This document shows, one piece after another, positions 1 through 9,871 of a DNA stretch of 64,000 nucleotides. The position numbers and the translations under genes are program-made. Position 1 is the stretch's first letter. The number at the start of each line of letters is the position of its first letter. The stretch lies in sequence record NC_049383.1; one strand, 5' to 3'. The notes beneath the pieces were generated by a model, which saw nothing but the letters and a program-made list of their open reading frames with translations, searched no databases and was not told where the DNA came from.

Positions 1-2
1 TC

Positions 3-2153
3 TCGTCAGTTGTGAAAGACCTTTACAACTACGTAAATCCTAAAAATGGAAAGCATTCACCAATCGTTTCAAAAGAAATTTTAGATGTTGTTACAGCTAA
101 TAGTGCAAAAATAAACGCATATATCGACTATGAACGCGATTATGGTTATGATTATATCGGTTTCAGAACACTTGAAAGAGCTTACTTATTAAAAATTGAT
201 GGTAAAATTGCAGAACGACCTCAACATATGTTGATGAGAGTTTCTTTAGGTATTCATGGTGATGATTTAGAAAATGCATTCAAGACATATGATTTAATGT
301 CTAATAGAAAAATGACTCATGCAACACCTACATTATTTAATTCGGGTACACCTAGACCTCAAATGTCTTCATGTTTCTTGATTGATATGAAAGAAGATTC
401 AATAGATGGTATTTATGATACTTTAAAAATTTGTGCTAAGATTTCTCAATATGCGGGTGGTATTGGTTTAAATACACATAAAATTCGTTCTACTGGTTCG
501 TATATTGCGGGTACAAATGGTTACTCAAATGGTTTAGTACCTATGTTGAAGGTTTTCAATGAAACAGCACGCTACGTTGACCAAGGAGGTGGAAAGAGAA
601 AAGGTTCATTTGCAATGTATTTAGAACCTTGGCACGCTGATATTATGGATTTCTTAGACCTAAAAAAGAATCACGGAAAGGAAGAAATGAGAGCAAGAGA
701 TTTATTCTATGCATTGTGGATTAATGACCTTTTCATGGAAAAAGTTTTTGCTGATGAATATTGGTATTTAATGTCACCAAGCGATTCAAAAGGTCTTAAT
801 AAAGTACACGGTGAAGAGTTCAATGAACTTTATAATAAGTATATTGAAGAAGGTAAATATGTTGCTAAAATTAAAGCACGTCACTTATGGGAAAAGATTT
901 TAGTATCTCAGATTGAAACAGGTACACCATACATGGCTTACAAGGATTCAGCTAACAGGAAATCAAATCAACAAAATTTAGGAACAATACAATCATCAAA
1001 TTTATGTATTGAAATCATGGAATATACAGCACCTGATGAAGTTGCAGTATGTAATCTAGCATCAATTTCATTACCATCATGTTTAAAACTTAATGAAGAT
1101 GGCACTTATATGATTGATTATACAGACCTTTATGAAACAGCTTATCAAACTGCTTTAAATTTAGATAAAGTTATCGATAAGAATTTTTATCCTGTCGAAG
1201 AGGCTAGAAACTCAAACATGAAACATAGACCTATCGGAATGGGTGTGCAAGGTTTAGCTGATTTATTCGCTATGTTAAAATTACCATTCACATCTGATGA
1301 AGCAAAAGAAATTAACAAGAACTTACACGAGGTTATTTATTTCGCAGGTTTAACAGCTTCTAAAGACTTGGCAAAAGTTCATGGAGCTTATGAAACTTTC
1401 AAAGGTTCACCATTATCTGATGGTAAATTCCAATTCGATTTATGGGGTGTTAATGCTTCTGAATTAAGTGGTTTATGTGATTGGGATTCTTTAAGAAAAG
1501 AAATTATTGAATATGGTGTTAGAAACTCTTTAGTTACTGCTTTAATGCCTACAGCATCAACAGGTCAAATCATGGGTAATAATGAATGTTTCGAGGCTTT
1601 CACATCAAACATCTATTTAAGACGTATTTTGAGTGGTGAATTTACTATGATTAATAAGTATTTAATTGAAGATTTGATGAAATTAGGTCTTTGGAATGAT
1701 GAAATGAGACAACATATCATGTATAGAAAAGGTTCTATTCAGGAAATAGATTCTATACCACAAAACCTAAAGGATATTTATAAGACTGTTTATGAAATGT
1801 CTATGAAGGATATTATTGATATGTCTGCTGATAGAGGTTTATTCATTGACCAATCACAGTCATTGAATTTGTTCATGGAGAATCCAACAGAACAAAAGTT
1901 AACATCTATGCACTTTTACGCATGGAAGAAAGGTTTAAAAACTGGTATGTATTACCTAAGAACAAAATCAGCTTCTGATGCTAAGATGGTAACTATTGAC
2001 CCTGAATTAATTAAGAAGTTTGAAAACCAAGAGCTTTTAGAAACTCCTAGAGAAAAACCTATGTCAATGGATGAATATAAAGCAATGCTCGAAAAGAGTA
2101 GATTAGCTTCCGAAAGTGGAAACGATGAAGACTGTTTAATGTGTGGGTCTTAA
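3..2153 (+). CDS. nrdA: Ribonucleotide reductase class Ia alpha subunit (5' end outside window)
   Basis: [18 protein letters not shown] (radical Cys), [21 protein letters not shown] and C-terminal CxxC (CLMCGS); frame open from base 3. Confidence 0.97.
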   Translation, partial: SSVVKDLYNYVNPKNGKHSPIVSKEILDVVTANSAKINAYIDYERDYGYDYIGFRTLERAYLLKIDGKIAERPQHMLMRVSLGIHGDDLENAFKTYDLMSNRKMTHATPTLFNSGTPRPQMSSCFLIDMKEDSIDGIYDTLKICAKISQYAGGIGLNTHKIRSTGSYIAGTNGYSNGLVPMLKVFNETARYVDQGGGKRKGSFAMYLEPWHADIMDFLDLKKNHGKEEMRARDLFYALWINDLFMEKVFADEYWYLMSPSDSKGLNKVHGEEFNELYNKYIEEGKYVAKIKARHLWEKILVSQIETGTPYMAYKDSANRKSNQQNLGTIQSSNLCIEIMEYTAPDEVAVCNLASISLPSCLKLNEDGTYMIDYTDLYETAYQTALNLDKVIDKNFYPVEEARNSNMKHRPIGMGVQGLADLFAMLKLPFTSDEAKEINKNLHEVIYFAGLTASKDLAKVHGAYETFKGSPLSDGKFQFDLWGVNASELSGLCDWDSLRKEIIEYGVRNSLVTALMPTASTGQIMGNNECFEAFTSNIYLRRILSGEFTMINKYLIEDLMKLGLWNDEMRQHIMYRKGSIQEIDSIPQNLKDIYKTVYEMSMKDIIDMSADRGLFIDQSQSLNLFMENPTEQKLTSMHFYAWKKGLKTGMYYLRTKSASDAKMVTIDPELIKKFENQELLETPREKPMSMDEYKAMLEKSRLASESGNDEDCLMCGS

Positions 2154-2157
2154 TCAC

Positions 2158-2192
2158 AAAAAATCCGATTCAATTTTTGAATCGGATTTTTT
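2158..2192 (+). terminator. Intrinsic terminator
   Basis: aaaaatccgattca-atttt-tgaatcggatttttt hairpin plus T tract after nrdA stop. Confidence 0.85.
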
Positions 2193-2209
2193 AATTTTTG
2201 TGTTCAAAC

Positions 2210-2217
2210 TATAAATA
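2210..2217 (+). promoter_or_regulatory. T4-like late promoter candidate (TATAAATA)
   Basis: Exact TATAAATA 26 nt upstream of ORF 2244; same octamer at 11472, 19048, 21824, 40971. Confidence 0.55.
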
Positions 2218-2243
2218 AAGTATATTAAAAAACAATTTGGAAA

Positions 2244-2690
2244 ATGAATAGTTTAGAATCTTATTATTTGGCAGAATGTGCCGAAGAAAAAATATATAAT
2301 AACGTATCATTAATGTTCGAATCAAAATTAGATGGTGATGAACTTGAAATGAAAGACGTTGATGGTGATGGTGAAATGGATGAGTTCTATTTACTAATGG
2401 GAAATATCATAGATGATGAGTTAGAAAAACAATTTCCATCAGATGAAGAGGATGAAGAAGAAACTAACGAGAGTGTTAAAGCTCGCGCACCAAAGCTTAA
2501 AGGGAAGGCATTAAAAGCTAGAAAAGCAAAAGCTAATATTATGAGGTCAATTATGGCTGAAAAAGAAGTACAAGAAGCTGTAAGCCGTCTTAAAGCTATT
2601 CTTATGCGTAAGGCTAAATCAATCTCATCATCAAATGGTTTCAATAACAGACAAGTTCAAAAAGCGTTTAAAGGTAAAATAAAAATTTAA
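2244..2690 (+). CDS. Hypothetical protein, putative head-internal/processed virion protein
   Basis: Acidic N half with LAE/MFE/TNES motifs, basic C half; follows TATAAATA. Confidence 0.55.
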   Translation: MNSLESYYLAECAEEKIYNNVSLMFESKLDGDELEMKDVDGDGEMDEFYLLMGNIIDDELEKQFPSDEEDEEETNESVKARAPKLKGKALKARKAKANIMRSIMAEKEVQEAVSRLKAILMRKAKSISSSNGFNNRQVQKAFKGKIKI

Positions 2691-2691
2691 T

Positions 2692-3324
2692 ATGAAAGAT
2701 ATTTCAGTTTATATAAATGAAAAGTTAGGAAACTCAATAAATGAAGGTAAAAAAGATACTAAAATTGAGTATATCGTTAAAATGATTAAACATGAGTTTG
2801 GCTCAAAACACAATCTTAATGTTTTAGATTTTAATGATAAAGAAATTACTTTCGATATTTCAAACTTCAATGATGATAATAAAGTTCTTAAATGGGCAAC
2901 TGGTATTCTTAATAGAATGTATGGCGATAAAAGGCGACCTAAAATGATGGATGCTATCACAAAAGATGGTAAATTAATCATCAATGTAAAAGATGCTAGT
3001 GTTAATGAAAGTGAGGAAATTGATGATGAAGGTAAGATTGTCGAGGCTGAACAGATAGACCCAAAAACACTTTATAAAAAAGCTAATAATGACCTTATGG
3101 TTATTCTTAGAGAATTAGGTTTAGGTGCAACACCTAGAATTGATGAACTTTGGAGTGGTGTACAAGGATTACAAGTTGAGTGCAAAATCTCTTCTCATGT
3201 TGAATATCCAATGATTACTATGGAAAATATGAAGGTTATATCTAAGTTGAAAACTGTTAGGTATATTAGTTTTAGAGACTTTCAACACGGATATTTCCAA
3301 GTTTACTTCAAGCACGAAAATTAA
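2692..3324 (+). CDS. Hypothetical protein, putative processed virion protein
   Basis: YINE, SINEG, SVNES motifs; coupled to upstream ORF. Confidence 0.55.
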   Translation: MKDISVYINEKLGNSINEGKKDTKIEYIVKMIKHEFGSKHNLNVLDFNDKEITFDISNFNDDNKVLKWATGILNRMYGDKRRPKMMDAITKDGKLIINVKDASVNESEEIDDEGKIVEAEQIDPKTLYKKANNDLMVILRELGLGATPRIDELWSGVQGLQVECKISSHVEYPMITMENMKVISKLKTVRYISFRDFQHGYFQVYFKHEN

Positions 3325-3387
3325 TAAATTGTACAAATATCCTAGCTTATGTTAGGATATTTCGTTTTAAAACATTATATTTGTAGT

Positions 3388-4116
3388 ATGAAAGAAACAA
3401 ACTCATATCATATACCATACGATAAATTGAAAGACCATGCGAGAGGTGGTGTAGTAATTTATAATGGTATTTTTTACAAAATTAAATACTTAGACGATAA
3501 AACATTTTCTGCTTATAAAGGTAAAGAAACATTTGAAGGTAGAAATATGCACTTACACCCTTATGGGAAAAGTAAGAACGGAACTATCGTTAATTTTGGT
3601 CAAGAACTACCTTTTTTCATGTATAACCAAAATCAAAATAGAAAAGATGTTCCAAAGGAAGAAATTAACGGAACTGATTTTGATAAAGTTAAAACAGATT
3701 CATATTTAGGTTTACTTAGAGCAAACTTGACAACACATATCGTTCAATATAATGAAAAAGATGGTGGATTCGTTGTTTTTGATGATGGTAATAATGTTTT
3801 TCTTAAATTAAGAAATGGAAAAAATATCACTTTACCAAAGAAAAATTTACACTATGTTAAAAATCATTATGTGAAAGGTAAATATAAAAAGCTTTGGTTC
3901 AAATATGACCCTAAAAAGGAATTACCAATGCAAGTTCAACAATTACCAGTTAAAGGCGATGCATATAAAGAATACTTAGAATTAAAGGCTAAATTTGACC
4001 CTGATTACCAAAGAACTGATGATTATAGAGTGTATAAATCTCAACAGGCAATACATGATAAAATGAAAAGACTTTGGGAAAAATTAACACCAAAACAGAA
4101 AAAGAAAGTAGCATAA
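3388..4116 (+). CDS. Hypothetical protein
   Basis: Long ORF; ATG 3388 just after a TATATTTG promoter box preferred over 3349. Confidence 0.6.
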   Translation: MKETNSYHIPYDKLKDHARGGVVIYNGIFYKIKYLDDKTFSAYKGKETFEGRNMHLHPYGKSKNGTIVNFGQELPFFMYNQNQNRKDVPKEEINGTDFDKVKTDSYLGLLRANLTTHIVQYNEKDGGFVVFDDGNNVFLKLRNGKNITLPKKNLHYVKNHYVKGKYKKLWFKYDPKKELPMQVQQLPVKGDAYKEYLELKAKFDPDYQRTDDYRVYKSQQAIHDKMKRLWEKLTPKQKKKVA

Positions 4117-4117
4117 A

Positions 4118-4912
4118 ATGAAAATATTTAATAAAGATTTAGAAACATATATTAGCGAAAACCTAAAATCTACAATGACTATTGAAGAAATAGTTAATCA
4201 AAATCATGGAGAAGTTAGTATATATGTTGACCGTGGAATGAAAGGTTTTAAAAATGATATTGATAAAGCAATATCATTAGTTCCAAAATCTGCTGTTCCT
4301 AACATCATTGCACCATTAAACGCTAAAACATATAATGATATGATTGGTTATAAACTTGACCCTCGTATGAAAATGGCTTTCGGTGTTACTTTCCAATCAG
4401 ATGATGTTATTATACCAATGCAGTATGCAACAGATTTCATTAAGGATGAAGCTAGAAAAATGTCATTATATAAGAATGATTTAGATGGTTGGAATAGAGT
4501 TTTAGAAATCAAAAAAGATATTAGAGTCTATTCGAAATCATTTAAGAAAAATGTTTTCCAAGTATGTCTTTTTAACCCAAAGTATAAAAATTCTAAGGGT
4601 ATGACTGTAGCAAAAAAGGATTTAAACGATAAATATATTAGTAAGCATGGTGTTCGTAGAACTGTTACTGAAACTGCTTTAGGTGTTATTGTTCATGAGT
4701 TTGGTCACGTTTATGATAGTAGAAATAAAGTTTCTAAAAGTTCGGGATGGTCTGAAATACACATGAAATGGAAACATTTAAAAGATTGTCCGTTATACAT
4801 TAAAGAAAGTGCATCGGAAGCATTCTCAGAAGCTTTTGCAAACTACTTTATTGATAAAGGAAAAGATTTACCCGATTTCGTTTTAGAATATTGTAAAAAG
4901 AATTTTAAATAG
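4118..4912 (+). CDS. Zincin-like metallopeptidase domain protein
   Basis: IVHEFGH (HExxH) followed by SEAFSEAF third-ligand motif; N-terminal YISE; TAG stop. Confidence 0.65.
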   Translation: MKIFNKDLETYISENLKSTMTIEEIVNQNHGEVSIYVDRGMKGFKNDIDKAISLVPKSAVPNIIAPLNAKTYNDMIGYKLDPRMKMAFGVTFQSDDVIIPMQYATDFIKDEARKMSLYKNDLDGWNRVLEIKKDIRVYSKSFKKNVFQVCLFNPKYKNSKGMTVAKKDLNDKYISKHGVRRTVTETALGVIVHEFGHVYDSRNKVSKSSGWSEIHMKWKHLKDCPLYIKESASEAFSEAFANYFIDKGKDLPDFVLEYCKKNFK

Positions 4913-5129
4913 GAGTCAAGCAAGAGACACAAAATAATTGAAACGTAGTTGATAGATTGAGTATCATTCGCGTATGACTCCAAAATATACCAACGCTAGG
5001 ACACGTTGTATAGTCGCTTGTTAATGCAATATAAAAGTTATTGCAAGAACTTTTGTTAGTCACTATTCGTGCCGTTGGAATGTAAATCCCGACAAGGTTA
5101 AAACCCACTCTTTAAAGAGTGGGTTTTTT
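4912..5129 (+). ncRNA. Candidate structured non-coding RNA ending in a terminator
   Basis: GC-richer intergenic stretch with GGAGTCA/TGACTCC, TGCAATA/TATTGCA, GTTGG/CCGAC stems; terminator aaacccactc-tttaaa-gagtgggttt at 5100-5129. Confidence 0.35.
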
Positions 5130-5231
5130 ATTGCGAATATGAAAAAATTAAAAATATTTTTAAATAATTATAACGATTAAATAAAATATTATAGTATATT
5201 TGTATTACACTTAGAAATAAAAACAAATAGT

Positions 5232-5576
5232 ATGAATAATTTAAAATTTAAAACACCTGATAAAAACAATAAGACTTATACAGAAGCACTTAAAACTGTT
5301 TTTAGTGAGCTTGTGGATATTGATACTAAATATGTTGATATAAAGCCTAAAAAGACCCTTAAAATAGCTTATTATATGGTTATTTCTGATATTATGGTGA
5401 TATCACTAGTTAATGGTTGTGAATTATTATTATCGTATGGTGATGATATTGTTTGTATAGATGATAAAACTTATTATGGATGTACTGGTGGTGATTTCGA
5501 ACTTATAAATTTAAATCCCGATTTTGTTAAAATTAATAGTGATTTTGAGAATGGTGTAATTTTTAAAAATAAATAA
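5232..5576 (+). CDS. Hypothetical protein
   Basis: ORF after TATATTTG box near 5197. Confidence 0.6.
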   Translation: MNNLKFKTPDKNNKTYTEALKTVFSELVDIDTKYVDIKPKKTLKIAYYMVISDIMVISLVNGCELLLSYGDDIVCIDDKTYYGCTGGDFELINLNPDFVKINSDFENGVIFKNK

Positions 5577-5584
5577 AATAAATT

Positions 5585-5887
5585 ATGAACGAACTTATTT
5601 TTAACCTTATGGTTGAACTTACTACATATGGTATTCAACCAAAAATGTGTAGAGATTTTGAGAATATTCTCTATATTGATTTAGATACTTATGCAAAATC
5701 ACACTTATATCTTTACTTAGATGGTAAAATAGTAGGTCGATATGAATACACATATCAGCTTGATTTGTCTAAAAGTATCAATGATTTACTTGTAGATTTA
5801 GGTGAAGAGTTTAAGAAATCAACTCATGGGAGAGGTGGGAATGATGCATGGTTTAATCTATGTCAACAATTAGGTATTAACATTTAA
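5585..5887 (+). CDS. Hypothetical protein
   Basis: Compact operon ORF. Confidence 0.6.
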   Translation: MNELIFNLMVELTTYGIQPKMCRDFENILYIDLDTYAKSHLYLYLDGKIVGRYEYTYQLDLSKSINDLLVDLGEEFKKSTHGRGGNDAWFNLCQQLGINI

Positions 5888-5898
5888 AACAAATAAAT

Positions 5899-6456
5899 AT
5901 GTGGCAAGGAATTAAAAGAGAAGACTATAAATTAATAGTTGAATCAAGACAATTAGCATTTAGTGCGCACGACCGTTGGACTAATCATGATTATAAAAAA
6001 GGCGTTGGATATTCTTATCACCTGCAAATGGCTGTTGATTTTGGTATCATGTTCTTACACCTTTTAGAACCCGAAGAAAGAGCTATTGCTATTTCAGGTA
6101 TTTACTTACATGATGCTGTAGAAGATGTTCGTTTAACCAAAAATGACATAATCAAGTCAATAGAAAATAAAAGAGTGGCACAATTATCATGTAATATGTG
6201 TTGTGATATTTGGGGTGGAACTCGTGATGAAAGAAATTCACCAAGCTACTATAAAAGAGTTAATAGCGATAAACTTAGTGTTTATGGTAAACTATGTGAT
6301 AGAATGGCTAATATTACTGAATCTATATTAACTAAAGGTGAACCGACTGATTTTTATATCGATGAAATGGAAGATTTCTTATCTAAATTAGATATTGATA
6401 AAAATGGTTTCCAAGAAATGAGTTTATATCTTAAAGAAATTGCAGGATTTCATTAA
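5899..6456 (+). CDS. HD-domain hydrolase, RelA/SpoT hydrolase (Mesh1/SAH)-like
   Basis: YxYH, LHDAVED and KLCDRMAN motifs in SpoT-HD order and spacing. Confidence 0.8.
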   Translation: MWQGIKREDYKLIVESRQLAFSAHDRWTNHDYKKGVGYSYHLQMAVDFGIMFLHLLEPEERAIAISGIYLHDAVEDVRLTKNDIIKSIENKRVAQLSCNMCCDIWGGTRDERNSPSYYKRVNSDKLSVYGKLCDRMANITESILTKGEPTDFYIDEMEDFLSKLDIDKNGFQEMSLYLKEIAGFH

Positions 6457-6481
6457 ATAGGTTGATAAGAATGTTAAATTT

Positions 6482-6534
6482 TGAAAGTTTTTTAGATTTG
6501 CTATTGTAAAACTAAAAAACTTTCATATATTTGT
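6482..6534 (+). promoter_or_regulatory. Bacteroidota-type promoter within a 14-bp inverted repeat
   Basis: tgaaagttttttag...ctaaaaaactttca followed by TATATTTG; homologous cassette at about 25287-25340. Confidence 0.7.
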
Positions 6535-6566
6535 AGTGTATTTATTAAACATCAAAACAAAACATT

Positions 6567-6845
6567 ATGTCAATCGCAAGAGAAATTTTAACAGTAATCG
6601 AGAAAACAAACCAAATCGCATTAGTTGTAGCAGATGAACACACAATCGGTTATATTGTTCCTGAATGTCCTAATAAATTTCTAGTATTAAGACCAAATTT
6701 AGGTTCTTGGATGAAAGATGGTAGTGCAACTACTTTAGATAATATCAGTGAATTAAGATTATTAGAAACTAAAGATTTCGAAGAGTATAAACTATGTGGT
6801 GAAGGTTACATAAGAGACACTACAAATTACTATTTTAATAGATAA
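6567..6845 (+). CDS. Hypothetical protein
   Basis: ORF directly after promoter. Confidence 0.6.
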   Translation: MSIAREILTVIEKTNQIALVVADEHTIGYIVPECPNKFLVLRPNLGSWMKDGSATTLDNISELRLLETKDFEEYKLCGEGYIRDTTNYYFNR

Positions 6846-6927
6846 TAAAAAATAAAGTTAGATTTCCTTTGTTGGAAGTCTAACTTTTCTTATATTTACA
6901 AAGAATTTAATATTAATTAAAAACAAA

Positions 6928-7242
6928 ATGGAAAAATTAAATCTAATGGGTGTCGAAAGACCATTGAAAACTAGGTGTAAAATCAAGGAATTTGTTAGTT
7001 GTATGGTTTTCGAAGGAAATAAACTACCTAGAAAAGCAAAGAAAAAGTATTTAAAAACATATAATAGAGACACATACCGTAATATAATATTTCTAAACAA
7101 AATTAAAGATGAAATGTTAAAAGGCATTCCATTAAAGTTTCAGTTACCCGCAGGAATTGGTAAAACAAATATGATATTGAATAATATTATATTTGGTGTA
7201 ACCCCTAAAATTACTCACAATCCTATAACAATTTTACCATAA
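6928..7242 (+). CDS. Hypothetical basic protein
   Basis: ORF coupled to next gene (TAATG overlap). Confidence 0.5.
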   Translation: MEKLNLMGVERPLKTRCKIKEFVSCMVFEGNKLPRKAKKKYLKTYNRDTYRNIIFLNKIKDEMLKGIPLKFQLPAGIGKTNMILNNIIFGVTPKITHNPITILP

Positions 7243-8225
7243 TGAGAACAAAAGAAGAAATAAAGTTAGCTGAATTAACACTTCAAAAGTGTTTAGAAAA
7301 TGTTCAACGATTTAGTATGTTTGGTGATGATAATCATGAACAAATTAATGCAGGTCTTAGGATTTTGCGCGACCCTTCACCAATGTATAAACTTGATGAA
7401 GAGCTTACATATTATGAAGATGAAATTGATGATATGGCAACAGCAACTTTCATACTTTCGTTAGGTGAATGGTTTGATGGAAATGAGGAACTTGTTGATA
7501 TTATTTGGGGTGAAGAAAATTTAGTAACTTCATTAGAAGATGAACCAAAAAATAAAGTTCCAGTTGTTTGTGTTAAGTTGTGTAAAGATTGTCCGTTCTC
7601 AAAAACATCTTTAAAAGGATTTTTAGCTGATTATGAAGTAGATGATTTCACTAGAATGATGAGTGCAAATTTTTCATTCCCATGTCATAAAAACGTTAAA
7701 GATGATATGACTTTAGAAGCTGTTCAACAAAAGATTAACAATTCCGAAATGTTTCATTGTAGAGGTTATATTGAATCATTCATAAAATCGGGTAGAACTG
7801 GGTATGGTAATCCAAAGTTACAGGAAGCAATAGATGAGGTTAAGAAGCAAGGTCTTAGTGATAATTCAATGTCTGATTATGAGTTCAAATATCACCACGA
7901 TTATATTTATATGGTTGATACTTGTATCAAGAAAGAAACAGATTTTACACTATTCTCAGAATCTGTTTATAAATCATATTCACCAAAATCTTTTTCAATT
8001 GATGAAGTTGCTGAGAGATTACAAAAGATTTGTTTAAAAGGTCATGGACTAGAGATTATGGGTGAAGTTCGTCATTATATTAGTGGGAGTTTTTACAATA
8101 GATGTATTGGTGAACAGGATTATAAAAGTATTATTAGGAAATTTCATAAAGGATGTGTAAATCTTAACATTGATGAAATTTATGAATTAAGTATTAATAC
8201 TTTAAAATTAGCAAAATATGAATAA
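7242..8225 (+). CDS. Hypothetical protein with putative Zn-binding Cys cluster (DUF6283-like)
   Basis: CKDCPF...FPCH...HCRG pattern. Confidence 0.5.
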   Translation: MRTKEEIKLAELTLQKCLENVQRFSMFGDDNHEQINAGLRILRDPSPMYKLDEELTYYEDEIDDMATATFILSLGEWFDGNEELVDIIWGEENLVTSLEDEPKNKVPVVCVKLCKDCPFSKTSLKGFLADYEVDDFTRMMSANFSFPCHKNVKDDMTLEAVQQKINNSEMFHCRGYIESFIKSGRTGYGNPKLQEAIDEVKKQGLSDNSMSDYEFKYHHDYIYMVDTCIKKETDFTLFSESVYKSYSPKSFSIDEVAERLQKICLKGHGLEIMGEVRHYISGSFYNRCIGEQDYKSIIRKFHKGCVNLNIDEIYELSINTLKLAKYE

Positions 8226-8243
8226 CAATTAAGTAAATAAAAT

Positions 8244-8588
8244 ATGGAAAAAACATTATTTCAGAGAGTAAGACAGAATTTAATAAATAGTGGTCTTTTA
8301 AAAGAGGAATCAACACATTTAGAAATAGAAGCATTGGTTGTATCTATTCTAGATACAACATCTAACCCAAGCGGATTATCAGAAGCTGTTCAATTAGAAC
8401 GTATGGTTAATGATAGAAAAATGCCTCATGATAAAAAGTTTGAACATAATAATTATACATTGGATGATATGTTTAATATGGTTAATTATGGTCATGATTA
8501 TGTTCTTAAATGTCAAACAAAAGGGTTTGTTCCGAAAGGAAATATTCTGCAACATATTGAATATTTAGAGTCTAAGAAAGACGATTAA
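8244..8588 (+). CDS. Hypothetical protein
   Basis: ORF followed by terminator. Confidence 0.55.
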   Translation: MEKTLFQRVRQNLINSGLLKEESTHLEIEALVVSILDTTSNPSGLSEAVQLERMVNDRKMPHDKKFEHNNYTLDDMFNMVNYGHDYVLKCQTKGFVPKGNILQHIEYLESKKDD

Positions 8589-8615
8589 TTATATCTTTTT
8601 ACATATAATTTTAAT

Positions 8616-8661
8616 AAAAATCCTGAAACTATACTTTTTTGCATATAGTTTCAGGATTTTT
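8616..8661 (+). terminator. Intrinsic terminator
   Basis: aaaaatcctgaaactata...tatagtttcaggattttt. Confidence 0.85.
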
Positions 8662-8745
8662 GAGTTAGAACAATATATATAATAAACAATTTTTATTCAT
8701 TAGAGACTGGATTTAAACAAGTCTTTATTTTTAATTTACACTTAT

Positions 8746-9192
8746 ATGAGAATAGAACAATATTTAACAGAATGTTTGGTTACAGAATCAATGGCATCAA
8801 ATAACGCATCAGTAAAAATAGAGAAACTTTTAAAAACACTTAATTTAAACCATGATAAAGGTGGTTTTGAACCATTCGGAAAAGATGGAAAGGCTATGTT
8901 TTTAACTGTTATGAAGGAAGTAATTAATGGAGTTTTTGATGATATAAATTATTCAGATTTGAAAGATTTGAATAAAGGACTATTCGGAAAAGATTCTACA
9001 AAAATAGAAGATGCTAAGAATAAAAATTTCATGAAAAAAGCAGTTCTGATTGACTCTGAAATCCAAAAAGTTGTACATTCTATATCAAAAATTGTTAAGT
9101 GGGATGCTGTAGTTTTTGTAGAGGCTATGAATCAATACTTACAAAGCCAAGGATTTAATTTAAAATTAATACACGAAAAACAAGATAAATAA
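8746..9192 (+). CDS. Hypothetical protein, putative processed virion protein
   Basis: N-terminal YLTECLVTES. Confidence 0.55.
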   Translation: MRIEQYLTECLVTESMASNNASVKIEKLLKTLNLNHDKGGFEPFGKDGKAMFLTVMKEVINGVFDDINYSDLKDLNKGLFGKDSTKIEDAKNKNFMKKAVLIDSEIQKVVHSISKIVKWDAVVFVEAMNQYLQSQGFNLKLIHEKQDK

Positions 9193-9815
9193 TGAAAAGT
9201 ATTTTAGAATATGTTACCGAGTCTAGAAATAAAACGGTAAAAGCAGATTTAGGACACTCTAATATGGGTGGTTGGGATTCTATTTATAACAAATCGAAAA
9301 TGGAAAATGGTGATTATCAATATGTTGCATTGATTTCACCTACTACTGGTGAGATTAATTGGCGTGGTGTTTTCAAAGATACCGAGGGTAAGAATTTGGA
9401 TAAAGCGTCATATGATTATATCATGAAGGTTTCAAACAAATATGCTAAGAAAAACAAGAACTTAAAGAAAGTTGAGAAGAGGGTTAAGGATATTTTCAAG
9501 GCTAAGAAGCCTGTAAAAGTTCAATATCCCGAAGGGAAGGTTAAGGATGCTGTTATCGATAATGGTCGATTAGTTTTTATTGAAAATGGTATTGGTTTGT
9601 TTTCTCATTCAATTAATGATGTTATTGAACTTGTTGCTAAAAAATCTTACGATATAGTTGAGTCTGTTAATGAATCAAAAGAAACAGATTTTGTTGTGGG
9701 TCAACCATTTATGTATGGCAATTTCGCAACAACTGTTGTTAGTGTTACAGAAACAACAGTTGAATTAGATGCAGATGGTGAGATTTTCGAAGCTAAAATC
9801 GAAGATTTATTTTAA
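9192..9815 (+). CDS. Hypothetical protein, putative processed virion protein
   Basis: N-terminal YVTES, internal VESVNES. Confidence 0.55.
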   Translation: MKSILEYVTESRNKTVKADLGHSNMGGWDSIYNKSKMENGDYQYVALISPTTGEINWRGVFKDTEGKNLDKASYDYIMKVSNKYAKKNKNLKKVEKRVKDIFKAKKPVKVQYPEGKVKDAVIDNGRLVFIENGIGLFSHSINDVIELVAKKSYDIVESVNESKETDFVVGQPFMYGNFATTVVSVTETTVELDADGEIFEAKIEDLF

Positions 9816-9871
9816 TAACTAATTTTTAATACTTATATTTGATGAGTATTAAATAAGAATAAAAATTTATA

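Noticed and set aside
4912-4982. tRNA or tmRNA at the GGAGTCA/TGACTCCA stem
   Set aside because: Acceptor-like stem and length fit, but no TTCRA T loop or D/anticodon arms on either strand; kept only as a generic ncRNA candidate
4905-5108. 67-aa minus-strand ORF
   Set aside because: No leader or promoter, atypical composition, antisense to a structured region in a plus-strand block
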